Virus record (IMG/VR): IMGVR_UViG_3300007734_000715
Location: 1 to 49,727 of that record
Source of the DNA: a virus
Taxonomy: Duplodnaviria > Caudoviricetes
DNA length: 49,727 nucleotides
Strand: one strand, 5' to 3'
How positions within the stretch are numbered: position 1 is the stretch's first letter; each line of letters begins with the position of its first letter. This document shows, in pieces, positions 8,835-18,635 of this stretch. A model generated the notes under the pieces. That model was not told where the DNA came from and ran no database searches. It worked only from the letters and a program-made list of their open reading frames with translations. The position numbers and the translations under genes are program-made.

Positions 8835-9827
8835 ATGCCCCAACCACACATCCACTGTCTGACCTCTTTGAAGGTAGCGGGCACAGGAAGCTTTCGCCTA
8901 GCAAGCGGACAATTCCTCGGAACCTACGGAGCAAACTTGCAGAATCCCGACAAGGAAGCTCTTGATATTTATATAGCTCCTCCGAACCACACATTCGTAC
9001 AATGCGACCAAAGCGGCGCCGAGGCTCTTATTGTCGCTAACCTTACACGACCGGGCAAATACAGAGAGCTCTTCAACGTCGGCATCAAACCCCATACCTT
9101 CATCGCGCTTCACATCTTCTGTGAGCAGATGCAAGACATATGGCCTCTCGCGGGGAAAAGTCCCTCTTACTGGAAAAGCCTAAGCCCAACGCAACTCAAG
9201 CAAGACCCCGATTGGAAACCCCTCGACAAAGCAATCAAATCCTCCGACAAAGAATACAAGATCGGCAAGATGGTCTGCCACGCTTCATCCTATAGAATGC
9301 GTGAGCGGACCTTTCAGTTGCAAACACTTAAGCAAAGTCACGGCACGTTGACTCTATCCCTCCAAGAATGCAAAGTCTTTCTCGGCTTCTTCGCAACCCT
9401 ATTCCCAGAAATCATAGAATGGCAAGATGAAATTGAATTTAACATTCGCACTAAGCGTGAACTCCGGAATCTGTTTGGATATCCGCGTAGGTTCGAGAGA
9501 ACTATCACTGACTCTTACATCCGGGAGGGCATCTCATGGGTTCCGCAGTCCACCGTGGGATGTATCACACACATTGCTGTTAACCGATTTAACAAAGAGC
9601 GGCCAAGAAACACGCTACCGGCAATTAACAATAAACATGACTCTTTTCTGGCGCTGGTTCCGGATGGGCTTGTCGCTGATACAGCGAAGCACATGCAAGA
9701 ATGCCTCGCCATTTCACTCACCGGCCGAGATGGTGTAAACTTCACCATGAAGTCTGAGGCCCAAGCTGGAAAGAACTGGGGCAAGTATTCAAAAGAGAAT
9801 CCACAAGGCATGAAAGATCTCGCTTAA
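8835..9827 (+). CDS. DNA polymerase A, C-terminal catalytic part (palm/fingers)
   Basis: GTGSFRLAS, NLQNP, motif A DQSGAE, motif B K...H...Y, PQST, motif C HDS. Confidence 0.88.
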   Translation: MPQPHIHCLTSLKVAGTGSFRLASGQFLGTYGANLQNPDKEALDIYIAPPNHTFVQCDQSGAEALIVANLTRPGKYRELFNVGIKPHTFIALHIFCEQMQDIWPLAGKSPSYWKSLSPTQLKQDPDWKPLDKAIKSSDKEYKIGKMVCHASSYRMRERTFQLQTLKQSHGTLTLSLQECKVFLGFFATLFPEIIEWQDEIEFNIRTKRELRNLFGYPRRFERTITDSYIREGISWVPQSTVGCITHIAVNRFNKERPRNTLPAINNKHDSFLALVPDGLVADTAKHMQECLAISLTGRDGVNFTMKSEAQAGKNWGKYSKENPQGMKDLA

Positions 9828-9840
9828 GGCTCCTAAAAAT

Positions 9841-9856
9841 CGGCCCAAGAAAAGCT
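9841..9856 (+). promoter_or_regulatory. Sigma-54-type promoter, predicted leaderless transcript
   Basis: CGGCCCAAGAAAAGCT = GG-N10-GC; -12 C at 9855, ATG at 9868. Confidence 0.7.
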
Positions 9857-9867
9857 CCCTCCGCTTT

Positions 9868-10095
9868 ATGCGTCAGACGAATGACCGAATAACCCAGATC
9901 ACAAACGCGATCCGGGAGAAACTAAAAGAGTGGCCGCCTAACCTGCCGCCGCCCTCGGTCGTTATTGTACATGAGACCCATCTTCCCAGCGAGTTCGATC
10001 CGAACCTTGAGAAGCTCGAAGGTTTCGACGTAATCACCACACTCCAAATCCGCAAGAACTCTGTAAGACTCGCATACTTGCATGAGCCTATATGA
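9868..10095 (+). CDS. Hypothetical protein
   Basis: 75-aa ORF directly after the promoter. Confidence 0.65.
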   Translation: MRQTNDRITQITNAIREKLKEWPPNLPPPSVVIVHETHLPSEFDPNLEKLEGFDVITTLQIRKNSVRLAYLHEPI

Positions 10096-11341
10096 AGACT
10101 GGTGTTTGTACACAAAAGACGTACAAAGCCCGCAGCCGTTTGTCGATGCTGCTTTCTATTTCATGATCGGCGCCGCCCTTCAAAGGCGCGTCTGGTTCGG
10201 TGACCTTGACTTCCACGCAGTATTTCCGAATCAATACATCGCTTTCATCGGACCCGCTTCGGCGGGTAAATCTCTCATTACGAGTCCGATGAAAGAACTC
10301 CTTGAAATCCCAGCCGAGATCAAAACTCCAGAGAATGATCTCGCCGCAGAGCTACTCGGTGAAGATGCCGAATCGACGCGCAAAGGCGCCCGGCAGCCTC
10401 TTATCTATATCGCTCCGAACAGTACAACCTTTGAGCAATTCACACAAGAGACTTCTCGGGTGGCTTATTTGCACCGCTATGTCGATTCTGAAAACAGACG
10501 CAAGGCCTACCATCACAGCTCCCTCGTATTCATCCTCGACGAACTAACCTCAATCTTTAAGAAAAATGCCGAACAACTTTCAGACTTTCTTCTCGAAGCT
10601 TATAACGGTGGAAGAAAGTACGTCCGAAAACTTAAGCATAGCGACACAGACTTCTGCACGAATATGTGCATCAGTCTCTTGGGCAACACAACGCTCGGAA
10701 AGTTCCAAAGTCTTCAGAATCAAGATATTCTCTCGGACGGTTTTATGGCTCGAACGATTATCGTTTACGGCGTTGAAAAGCGTTTCCATCTTTATTCTAT
10801 TCCCCCGCTTAACGAAGAACAAAAGGCGGCTAAACTTCGCTTGCAATCTTACATTAGGGAACTATCGAAACTATATGGCCCTTTGGCTCTAAACAACGAA
10901 GCAAAGGAATACATCCACCACCATTTTGAACTTCACCCAAATTTAGTACATACAAACAAACATCCAATGCTGGACGAATACTATGGCCGCAAGAATCTTC
11001 ATCATCAGAAGATCTTGTTCGCCGTACACTTCGCCCGGACGTTGGATATGACCGTCACGAGAGAGGATGCAGAAAAGGCCACAGCCCATCTCGCTAATCT
11101 CGAAAAGGATATGCACATACCATTCGTCGGCATGGGCCGCAATGAGAGTGCAAAGCTCACAGAAGACATCTGGCGCTTTATCAAGACAACGCAAGGCGCC
11201 ACGAAGAAATCAATCTTTGTCAGGTTCTATCAGTCCCTCAAGACGCCTGATGAACTCCGTCGTGTGCTAGATGATCTAGTGACGATGGATCGGATAAAGT
11301 TAGTTAAACTAAATAACATTGAACAGTATGTTGCAAAGTAA
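10082..11341 (+). CDS. P-loop ATPase, probable replicative helicase (DUF3987-like)
   Basis: Walker A GPASAGKS, Walker B FILDE, GFMART arginine-finger region, C-terminal wHTH-like tail. Confidence 0.7.
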   Translation: MSLYEDWCLYTKDVQSPQPFVDAAFYFMIGAALQRRVWFGDLDFHAVFPNQYIAFIGPASAGKSLITSPMKELLEIPAEIKTPENDLAAELLGEDAESTRKGARQPLIYIAPNSTTFEQFTQETSRVAYLHRYVDSENRRKAYHHSSLVFILDELTSIFKKNAEQLSDFLLEAYNGGRKYVRKLKHSDTDFCTNMCISLLGNTTLGKFQSLQNQDILSDGFMARTIIVYGVEKRFHLYSIPPLNEEQKAAKLRLQSYIRELSKLYGPLALNNEAKEYIHHHFELHPNLVHTNKHPMLDEYYGRKNLHHQKILFAVHFARTLDMTVTREDAEKATAHLANLEKDMHIPFVGMGRNESAKLTEDIWRFIKTTQGATKKSIFVRFYQSLKTPDELRRVLDDLVTMDRIKLVKLNNIEQYVAK

Positions 11342-11738
11342 TAATACCGGAGATATATTGCGGCAAGCAATGATGAACTCTGCGTTTCAAGTGCCTATAG
11401 ATCCGAAGACGCAAATGAACATCCCCAGCGAAAAAACCAACGCCGAACGCCGCGCTGAGTTCCTTAAGGTCGTCGAGACCTTCGTCTGTAAGGATCGCAA
11501 TGTAACGCACGGCGACGCCGAGGATAACTTCCGTGTGATCGCTACCTTGTGGGAGACTTACCTCAACAATACGCCTCCGCAGAATCTCAACTCCGTAGAC
11601 GTCGCTATCATGATGTGCCTTTTCAAAGTCGCACGCTTGATGGCCAATCCTAAAAACATGGAGAACTGGCACGATCTCGCGGGCTATGCAGCCTGTGGCG
11701 GTGGGATAGTAATGAAGACTGTAGTAAATACTTACTAA
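11319..11738 (+). CDS. DUF6378-like protein (start uncertain)
   Basis: DR...HG....NF..IA..W, DVA.MM...K.AR, W.D.AGYAA. Confidence 0.75.
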   Translation: MNSMLQSNNTGDILRQAMMNSAFQVPIDPKTQMNIPSEKTNAERRAEFLKVVETFVCKDRNVTHGDAEDNFRVIATLWETYLNNTPPQNLNSVDVAIMMCLFKVARLMANPKNMENWHDLAGYAACGGGIVMKTVVNTY

Positions 11739-11742
11739 AAAG

Positions 11743-11778
11743 AAAACCCGCTCTGCTTAACACAGGGCGGGTTTTTTG
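11743..11778. terminator. Bidirectional terminator between the converging arms
   Basis: aaaacccgctctg/cagggcgggtttt stem with A and T tracts on both sides. Confidence 0.85.
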
Positions 11779-11787
11779 TTTTGTTAT

Positions 11788-14700
11788 TTATCTCAATCCA
11801 CTCAAACCTTCTATCAAACTCTTCCGGTATTTGTTTTCATATTCTCTCGTCATATATCTTCTCATCGTCTCACTTCCTAATCCTTCTTCTGTTCCTTCCA
11901 GCCAGCTCAGATATCTCGCTGCTTTCAAAGGCTGTCTCTCTAGCGAAGGCATGATCTGATTCTGACTTGTCTTATACTTCCTAATCCGGCTCGCGTAATC
12001 TTCTGGCGTGGTCGCTTCTTCTCGCGCCCTCGTCACCAAAGCCAATGCCTCTTCGCCGGTCTCGGGCGTAATTTTTCCGCGCTCGAACTCCCTCTCGCTA
12101 AGATTGCTGTAACTCACAGCAAATGTCCCACCCTTACTCGGCAAACCTATCAGCTTGTCATACAACCTCTGTCTCCGCCGATCATCATAACGAAGGTTCT
12201 CATCTTCATCCAACCAATTCCGCGCCACACGAGCAGCCTGCACATGGCTAGTCAAAGAATCCTGCGCCAATGCTTTCAACACCAAACCGAAGTCTTCTCC
12301 GTCATCTAGCGCTTTGATCGCAGCCGCCACACGCTTGGTCGTATCATAGATCGCATCCATCGCAGGCATCGTTGCCACGCCCTGCGCCGTTCCGCCAGCG
12401 GCTGCGTCAATCGTCATCTTAACAAGATCACCAGCAAAGCCAAACGTGCCCATCTTCTGAGCCATCGTCAAGAGTTTCTGCGCCAGAAGCTGTCCGCCGT
12501 CAGATCCAAGCTCTCCTTGATTCTGCTGCATCCACGCTTCAAGTTCTTTCCACGTAATGTCTTTGCCCTCGCGGTTATTCAACCATTCCTGCACGGCAGA
12601 GACAGCGCCGCCGCCCAGCAGTCCGATAAGCATCTGACCCATCAGAGGCTTCATGTTGCCTTGCATCGCAGGCTGTATGGCGTATTTGACAAAGCTATCA
12701 TATTGTCCAATACTCCACTTGCTCCATGTGAGATAAGGCGCAGCCGCTCCTTCAAGCACAGAGGCGGGAAGCTGTCGCATATCATAAGAACCCTGCAACA
12801 AGCGACCAACTTGCGCCGCGAGGTCAGCGTCCGAACGAGTGCGCCAGTCGGGACTAAGCGTGTCCAACATCTGCAGAGCGTTCTTGTCGCCGCCCAGCGC
12901 CAGCTTCTTATTGATCCCCACCACAGTCTCACCCCAGCCCTGCGCAATCACACGCGCCACAGATTCAAGATCGTTGACGAACGTGACCTTTGACAGAACC
13001 CGCGCCGCCTTATCCATGAATGCCGTCGAATCCTCAGCGATACCAAAGACCTGTCGCATGTTCTCCGCGGCATCTCGTTTATTTAAGCCCGACGTATAAG
13101 AGCGTTCTTTGAGCGCAGCCCAGTCGGCGATCTTGTTGACGAACTGACTAAGCCCCGCCGCGTACTCACTGCCCGGCAGATAAGCCAAGCCCTTAAACAT
13201 CGACGTGCCGATGTCGCCAACTTTCGAGACAGTCCCGATCGTGGCCGCACTCGTCAGACGACCGGCACTCTGCAACAAGCCCTCAGTCTTCTGCGCCGGC
13301 GTTCCGCGATATTCCCGCAGAACAGACTGCACACTCGGATCATTGATAACAGGCGCAGTGCTCTGAAGAATATTCGCCGGGATCGGCTGATTATTCAACA
13401 TCGTCTTCGCGCCCAGCGCAGCCATCGCCACAGGCGAACTCTCGACATGCTGCTGATACGCAAAGTCCGTAGCCGAACGACGCGTATAGTTATTCAGAAT
13501 GTCGATGATGTCGTCACTGCGCCAGCTCGGCGGCAACGGATAACCTTCAGGCTTACGCGCACCGGAGAACGGAATGCCGCTTTCGATCCCCGGCGGCTTC
13601 GCAGTGATACTCAGCTTCTCTTCAAACTTTTCGTTTGCATATCTTTGCGCCTCGGCTAGAGAAGCACCATCGGCCTGCTTCAGCTGAGTGTTCCAGTTGA
13701 TGAAGTCGGCCTTGAGTTTATCCCACTCAGGCGATCCTTGTTTCGTGGTGAGGATAGTCTTAACCTCATCCGCGATCGCATGCAGCGGGAAGTAAGTCGG
13801 ATTAGAGCCACGCGCCCGAAGCCCCGCGGTGTCGCGCACCATGAAGCCTGCGGTGTTGTAGTCGTTGACGATCGCCGGAAGATACTCATTGCGGAGTTGA
13901 TCGTATGCCGCCTTGAGGTCTGGCGCTGGCGTAGAACGCACGCCCGAATCAAACTCACCGGCGAGATGATTGAGCAACCGCACACGAGCCTCTTCAGGCA
14001 AAGCATTCGTAAGAGAATACTTGCTCGACCATTGGCCCTGTTTGAAGTCGCGAGTGTTGGCCGCAGCCTTGATCGTTGTGCCGACCTCAGCGAACGGGCC
14101 GCCCTTGGAGACTAGATAGTCTAGTTCGGATGGGGTTTGGATCTTGGAGAGAAGGCCTCGTTGGTAGCGAATATCCTTACTCTCCGGAGAGAAAGTTCCG
14201 CGGTTAGCTGTAGCGGATTTGACTTGTTCGGGGTTGAATGCGACAACCTCTACGATCTCAGGAACAAAACCGTCTTTGGTGTAGCGATTGCGTTGTTTGA
14301 TAATGCCATCGTAGCCTTGCTCGCGTAACCAAGCATTTCCGATCTCAGCATTACCAAGAATACGCGGATCGCTGCTTCCATATGGCGCAAGCACACGCTT
14401 AATCAACGCATCATTAGCAGGATCTTGTCGAATCTTATAACCTAGGTCTTGAACACTCGCATCAGACTGCACGACGTAAGGATTCTCAAGCTTGAGGTAA
14501 GCTGGATAAACTCTAGCACCTTCAGCCTCACCAGCATAACCGCTTGCTCGAATAGGCTCTGGAGTGAAATAAGCACCCGGTCCATAATTATGCCCAGTCT
14601 CCGTGCGGAATGTGCTAAAGTCTTCAAAGCTGCGAGTCCCATGATAAACCACCAAAGGTTTACCCTGTTCATCAACGACCTGACTCTCACCAAACCAATT

Positions 14701-17184
14701 CTTAAACTCAGGAGTCTCCTGCTGGGCGCGTTGATAGCGAGCCGCAAACTGATCGGCCACACGCTCATCTCGCGCCGCACCATGCTCACCAATATTCGGC
14801 GCATCATCAATATGCCCAAGCTCATGCTTAAGAACATTGACAAAACGATCACGCATGCCCGGCTCATTGGCGACAGCGGCATCCCAAAGAGCACTATCAA
14901 TCATAACGTGTCCTTCATTACGCGCGCCGGTGGTATATGCACGACCCCAAGAACCTTCGTTGGAAAGCAAACTGGGTTCGCGAGAGATCACAACATCTTC
15001 ACGAAACACGTTAGGCTTCTCTTGATACACCTTAAGCTCGGGCATTACTCCGCTTATAAGATCCTCTAGGTTAAGTTCACGAGTCCTATTAAGTTTGTTA
15101 ATGCTATCCCAGTCAATATCATCCGCCATCAGACGACGACTAGCTTCCTTGGCCCGAGAGAATCTCTCTTCTCCCGTCTTCCCAACAGCAACACCCTTCC
15201 AAGGCACAGCCTCGGTCGATGCATAGTGCATCCACGCCAGCGCATCCTCAGGCGAGAGTTTGCCCGTAGCCAATTGCTTAATCGAAGCCTTGAAAGCCTT
15301 AAACCAAGAGCGCAACTCGCCTCGATTGATGCCCGGCATCTTCTCTCCAAAGGCCTGAATCAAGCCTTCTTCGAGCGCAATATCCCGCGCAGCCTCAGGT
15401 GTCAAGCGCCCAGCCTTAACCTCAGCCTCACGCGCAGCAAGCTCTGCTTTATAAGCTGGACTATCAAGCGCGGTGTCCAACAGCGACCGGCGCATTCCCT
15501 TATTGGTCACGCCCGTAAAGATATCGTGACCGATCTCATGAATCGCCGTGTCAGGCGTGGCCATGAGCGGATTTACGCGAATGATTCGCTCGCCGGTCTT
15601 AGGATCGACAAAGTACATTCCGCGAACTTCTTGATCCCCTGCAAACGCCCGATCAAGCTCGATCTTCAAGCCACGACGAGCAGCCATCTCGGCCGCAAAG
15701 TCGATATCTTGTTGGGTGATTCTGTTTTCGCCGCCTTCTGCTTTACGTTGCAAGCGCGCCCAAACATCTTCAGCTATGCTACGAGCGTCAGCAAGTTCTT
15801 GCTTGGCTTGTGCAATAGCAGGATCACTTTGTTCACGAATATTCTGTCGAATATTAGGACGCTCTCCTCGATTAAGATACAACAACTCAGCGCGTCGTGA
15901 TTGCAAAACCTGCAAACGCTCAGCAGCTTCATCCGTCAAAGCCTGCGCAGCCTCAAGATCTTGCAGTTTTTTAATCTCCGCAGCATTTTGTTCGGCCTCA
16001 ATACGATTCTTCTCGGCCTGCATTTGCTCAGCTTTTGCAGCTGCTTCAGTTTTTGCGACCTCATCTGCCTTGCGCCGCTCCATCATCTGAAACACATCTT
16101 CAAGAGTCTGGTCAGCCTGCTTAGCGATGAAGGCTTCCATCTTCGACGGATCACGCAAGACCTCTCCGACCTCAGGATCTTGAGAGAGTTCTTTAAGACG
16201 TTCCTTAGGAATCTGCGACTTAACTTCCTCAGCCGCGCCCTTTAGCAACTCCGTCGTCGGCTCGGTCTCAGACTTCCACCAGTTGGTGTAGTCTTTCGCC
16301 ATAGCCTTTTCCGTCATCCGTTTGCCTTCGGCGGTGAAGTATTGCTCTGGAGCTTCAAGCCCGATGTTAACGCCCGGCGTTTTGATATCTTCAGCCCCGC
16401 GCTCAGCTCGCGGCGTAACGAACTCACGCGGCGGATAAGCCATGAACTCAGCCCGTTCACGCGCAGGAGCCAACTCAGGACTCTCGACCGGCCGAGTCTG
16501 GGGAAGATCATGAAACCCGATAGCTCTACCCAAAGCAGTCGGACGATTAAACAACGTACCAAGCGCAACGTCAGCAGCAAACCGGGGCGCAGAGAACTCG
16601 CCACCCTCTGCGACATTGATAAGCTGACCTGCCGTTGAAGCGCCGACATTCGCAGCGACGTTAGCCGCTGGCGCAATGAAGTTAGGATTGCTCAATGCAG
16701 CGCGCAGAGTCTCCTCACCGCGCACAGTAGGCCGCAGCAAGCCGCTCATGCCTTGCACAGACGGCCTGAACGCCAGAGCATTCGGAGCAAAGCCACCGAG
16801 GTAAGATGCGACGGGTTGATCAGTCTGAGCACGCTGCATCTCCTCAAGCGCAGAAGGAGCAACCTGCTCAAGCACGGCTTCTTGACCTTTGTTTGCAAGA
16901 TAACCTACACCAAGGCCACCGCCGATTGCACCAAGGCCAACGCCAACAGGACCAAACGGTGCGCCAGCCATCATGCCTAGCTTAGCGCCACCAAGACCCG
17001 CCGCGCTAGGCAACAAATTACCCAAGAAAGAAGTCCCCGCTGCACGCAGAGGAGACATTACTTCTTTTTGAGGAGCCTGAGCAACAGCAGCTTGCCGCCG
17101 AACAACGCGCCCATCAGGCGTCATGTCATACTCAGCGGGATCAAGCCCACTTTGCTGCATCCATTCGAGTTGATTTTGTGTCAT
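11788..17184 (-). CDS. Large internal virion/ejection polyvalent protein with two HExxH metallopeptidase modules and an ADP-ribosyltransferase (ART-PolyVal-like) module
   Basis: 1798 aa, last late gene; HEIGH, HELGH; FKNWFG.S.VVD..G.PLVVYHGT...YFT...GYDGII...Q.KSA..N.GTF. Confidence 0.8.
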   Translation of the reverse strand: MTQNQLEWMQQSGLDPAEYDMTPDGRVVRRQAAVAQAPQKEVMSPLRAAGTSFLGNLLPSAAGLGGAKLGMMAGAPFGPVGVGLGAIGGGLGVGYLANKGQEAVLEQVAPSALEEMQRAQTDQPVASYLGGFAPNALAFRPSVQGMSGLLRPTVRGEETLRAALSNPNFIAPAANVAANVGASTAGQLINVAEGGEFSAPRFAADVALGTLFNRPTALGRAIGFHDLPQTRPVESPELAPARERAEFMAYPPREFVTPRAERGAEDIKTPGVNIGLEAPEQYFTAEGKRMTEKAMAKDYTNWWKSETEPTTELLKGAAEEVKSQIPKERLKELSQDPEVGEVLRDPSKMEAFIAKQADQTLEDVFQMMERRKADEVAKTEAAAKAEQMQAEKNRIEAEQNAAEIKKLQDLEAAQALTDEAAERLQVLQSRRAELLYLNRGERPNIRQNIREQSDPAIAQAKQELADARSIAEDVWARLQRKAEGGENRITQQDIDFAAEMAARRGLKIELDRAFAGDQEVRGMYFVDPKTGERIIRVNPLMATPDTAIHEIGHDIFTGVTNKGMRRSLLDTALDSPAYKAELAAREAEVKAGRLTPEAARDIALEEGLIQAFGEKMPGINRGELRSWFKAFKASIKQLATGKLSPEDALAWMHYASTEAVPWKGVAVGKTGEERFSRAKEASRRLMADDIDWDSINKLNRTRELNLEDLISGVMPELKVYQEKPNVFREDVVISREPSLLSNEGSWGRAYTTGARNEGHVMIDSALWDAAVANEPGMRDRFVNVLKHELGHIDDAPNIGEHGAARDERVADQFAARYQRAQQETPEFKNWFGESQVVDEQGKPLVVYHGTRSFEDFSTFRTETGHNYGPGAYFTPEPIRASGYAGEAEGARVYPAYLKLENPYVVQSDASVQDLGYKIRQDPANDALIKRVLAPYGSSDPRILGNAEIGNAWLREQGYDGIIKQRNRYTKDGFVPEIVEVVAFNPEQVKSATANRGTFSPESKDIRYQRGLLSKIQTPSELDYLVSKGGPFAEVGTTIKAAANTRDFKQGQWSSKYSLTNALPEEARVRLLNHLAGEFDSGVRSTPAPDLKAAYDQLRNEYLPAIVNDYNTAGFMVRDTAGLRARGSNPTYFPLHAIADEVKTILTTKQGSPEWDKLKADFINWNTQLKQADGASLAEAQRYANEKFEEKLSITAKPPGIESGIPFSGARKPEGYPLPPSWRSDDIIDILNNYTRRSATDFAYQQHVESSPVAMAALGAKTMLNNQPIPANILQSTAPVINDPSVQSVLREYRGTPAQKTEGLLQSAGRLTSAATIGTVSKVGDIGTSMFKGLAYLPGSEYAAGLSQFVNKIADWAALKERSYTSGLNKRDAAENMRQVFGIAEDSTAFMDKAARVLSKVTFVNDLESVARVIAQGWGETVVGINKKLALGGDKNALQMLDTLSPDWRTRSDADLAAQVGRLLQGSYDMRQLPASVLEGAAAPYLTWSKWSIGQYDSFVKYAIQPAMQGNMKPLMGQMLIGLLGGGAVSAVQEWLNNREGKDITWKELEAWMQQNQGELGSDGGQLLAQKLLTMAQKMGTFGFAGDLVKMTIDAAAGGTAQGVATMPAMDAIYDTTKRVAAAIKALDDGEDFGLVLKALAQDSLTSHVQAARVARNWLDEDENLRYDDRRRQRLYDKLIGLPSKGGTFAVSYSNLSEREFERGKITPETGEEALALVTRAREEATTPEDYASRIRKYKTSQNQIMPSLERQPLKAARYLSWLEGTEEGLGSETMRRYMTREYENKYRKSLIEGLSGLR

Positions 17185-17186
17185 AC

Positions 17187-18632
17187 TTATTGCGCGTTAT
17201 AGTTATACTCGTAGTTCGGAAAAGTGCGATAACGAGGCTGTTTCATAGACTTATTCAATGCATCAATTACAGCAGCGTTTTGTTCTTCTTGGGGAAGCTT
17301 ACCAAACTTAGGTAAGTAAGAACCAAGATCACGCTCAATCACGGCAGACGCAGGACGACGCACCTGACGAGACGCGCCAACACCTTCTGAGCCAACGCCC
17401 AGAGCATTAGCGATATTTTCATACATAGGCAGCATCAGCGGGTCAGTAGCGTTAGGGCGAGCGCTTCCGCCTTTGGCCAATTCTTTTGCGCGCTTGTTGT
17501 ACTCTTCCATCAAGAACGGACCAAAGCGCGGAGTATTCGCGGGCAAAGGTTCTTCTTCAGGTTCGCCCTCAGGCTTAGTAACAAACGGCGAAGGCTGCGC
17601 CGAAGGAGTCTCATCAGCCACAGGAGCCTCTTCAGGTGCATTGCCGCTGAGAACATCAAACAAAGATCCACGCTCAAAAGCAGGTCGAGCAGCAGCAGAA
17701 CGCGTAGGAGTTACAGCGCCCATCGAAGGAGACGTGCCGCCAACGTCCATCTGAGGAACCTGCGCACCTTGAGCACGCGGCCCCATCAACGGCGGCGTAA
17801 CTCCCGGCGGAGTTCCTTTGATGGTTCCAATATCAGGCGTGCCCTTGTTCAGACCATAGACTTCTCCACCACGAGCGAAGAAACCGTCACCCATGTTTGT
17901 GATCTTGTTAGCATCCTGCCAACCCTGCAGCTGCGCATTGAAGTTAGCAAGTCTAGTTTGAAAGTTCTGCTGCAAACCAAGATTCCTTTCCGAAGCAGCC
18001 AGAGCTTTATCCTGCAAAGCCATCGCATTATTATGCGCCACGCCCATGCGCGCAAGAATATTCTGCTGTTCTTCAGCAGTGTTTGCTTTCGCGTAGTCAT
18101 TCTGCAACTTAAGCACTTCAAGCTGAGCAGCCTTCGACTTGTCGAACATCGCGATAGCTTGCGCATTACGCTTATCATCCCGCGCATCGTCGATTTCTTT
18201 GTCGATCAATCGTTGAGCACGATAGTCTGCGATCTTTGCAGTACGTTCCTTTTCAGCCTTATCTTCAGCAAGCTTCTCAGCGGCCTGTTGTTCCTGCGCA
18301 GCAACATTCATCTCATTGGCCTGATTGCCAAAAAAACGACTGAGCGCACCGCTAATTCCCGTCGTGGGCTTATAAGGCACATTCTCGCCGCCAATGGGCT
18401 TTGAGGGATCATAAGCCGTATTAGCCTCACCCGGCGAGCGGAGAGAACTAATCACACCCATGATCGAGCCAGCGTCATAACGCGGCGAGCGACCCTGCGC
18501 GGTGATAGCGGGTTGATCCTTAGTGCGCATCGGAGCGTTGTCGCCGTCCTTTGAATCCTTCTTAGAAGGAACAAGGTCACGCACAAGCGACAAAGGCCGA
18601 CGATAAATTGGTCGAGTGTAGTCTTTAGCCAT
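17187..18632 (-). CDS. Internal virion/ejection protein
   Basis: Ala/Gln-rich helical protein, syntenic with podoviral ejectosome genes. Confidence 0.65.
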   Translation of the reverse strand: MAKDYTRPIYRRPLSLVRDLVPSKKDSKDGDNAPMRTKDQPAITAQGRSPRYDAGSIMGVISSLRSPGEANTAYDPSKPIGGENVPYKPTTGISGALSRFFGNQANEMNVAAQEQQAAEKLAEDKAEKERTAKIADYRAQRLIDKEIDDARDDKRNAQAIAMFDKSKAAQLEVLKLQNDYAKANTAEEQQNILARMGVAHNNAMALQDKALAASERNLGLQQNFQTRLANFNAQLQGWQDANKITNMGDGFFARGGEVYGLNKGTPDIGTIKGTPPGVTPPLMGPRAQGAQVPQMDVGGTSPSMGAVTPTRSAAARPAFERGSLFDVLSGNAPEEAPVADETPSAQPSPFVTKPEGEPEEEPLPANTPRFGPFLMEEYNKRAKELAKGGSARPNATDPLMLPMYENIANALGVGSEGVGASRQVRRPASAVIERDLGSYLPKFGKLPQEEQNAAVIDALNKSMKQPRYRTFPNYEYNYNAQ

Positions 18633-18635
18633 AAA

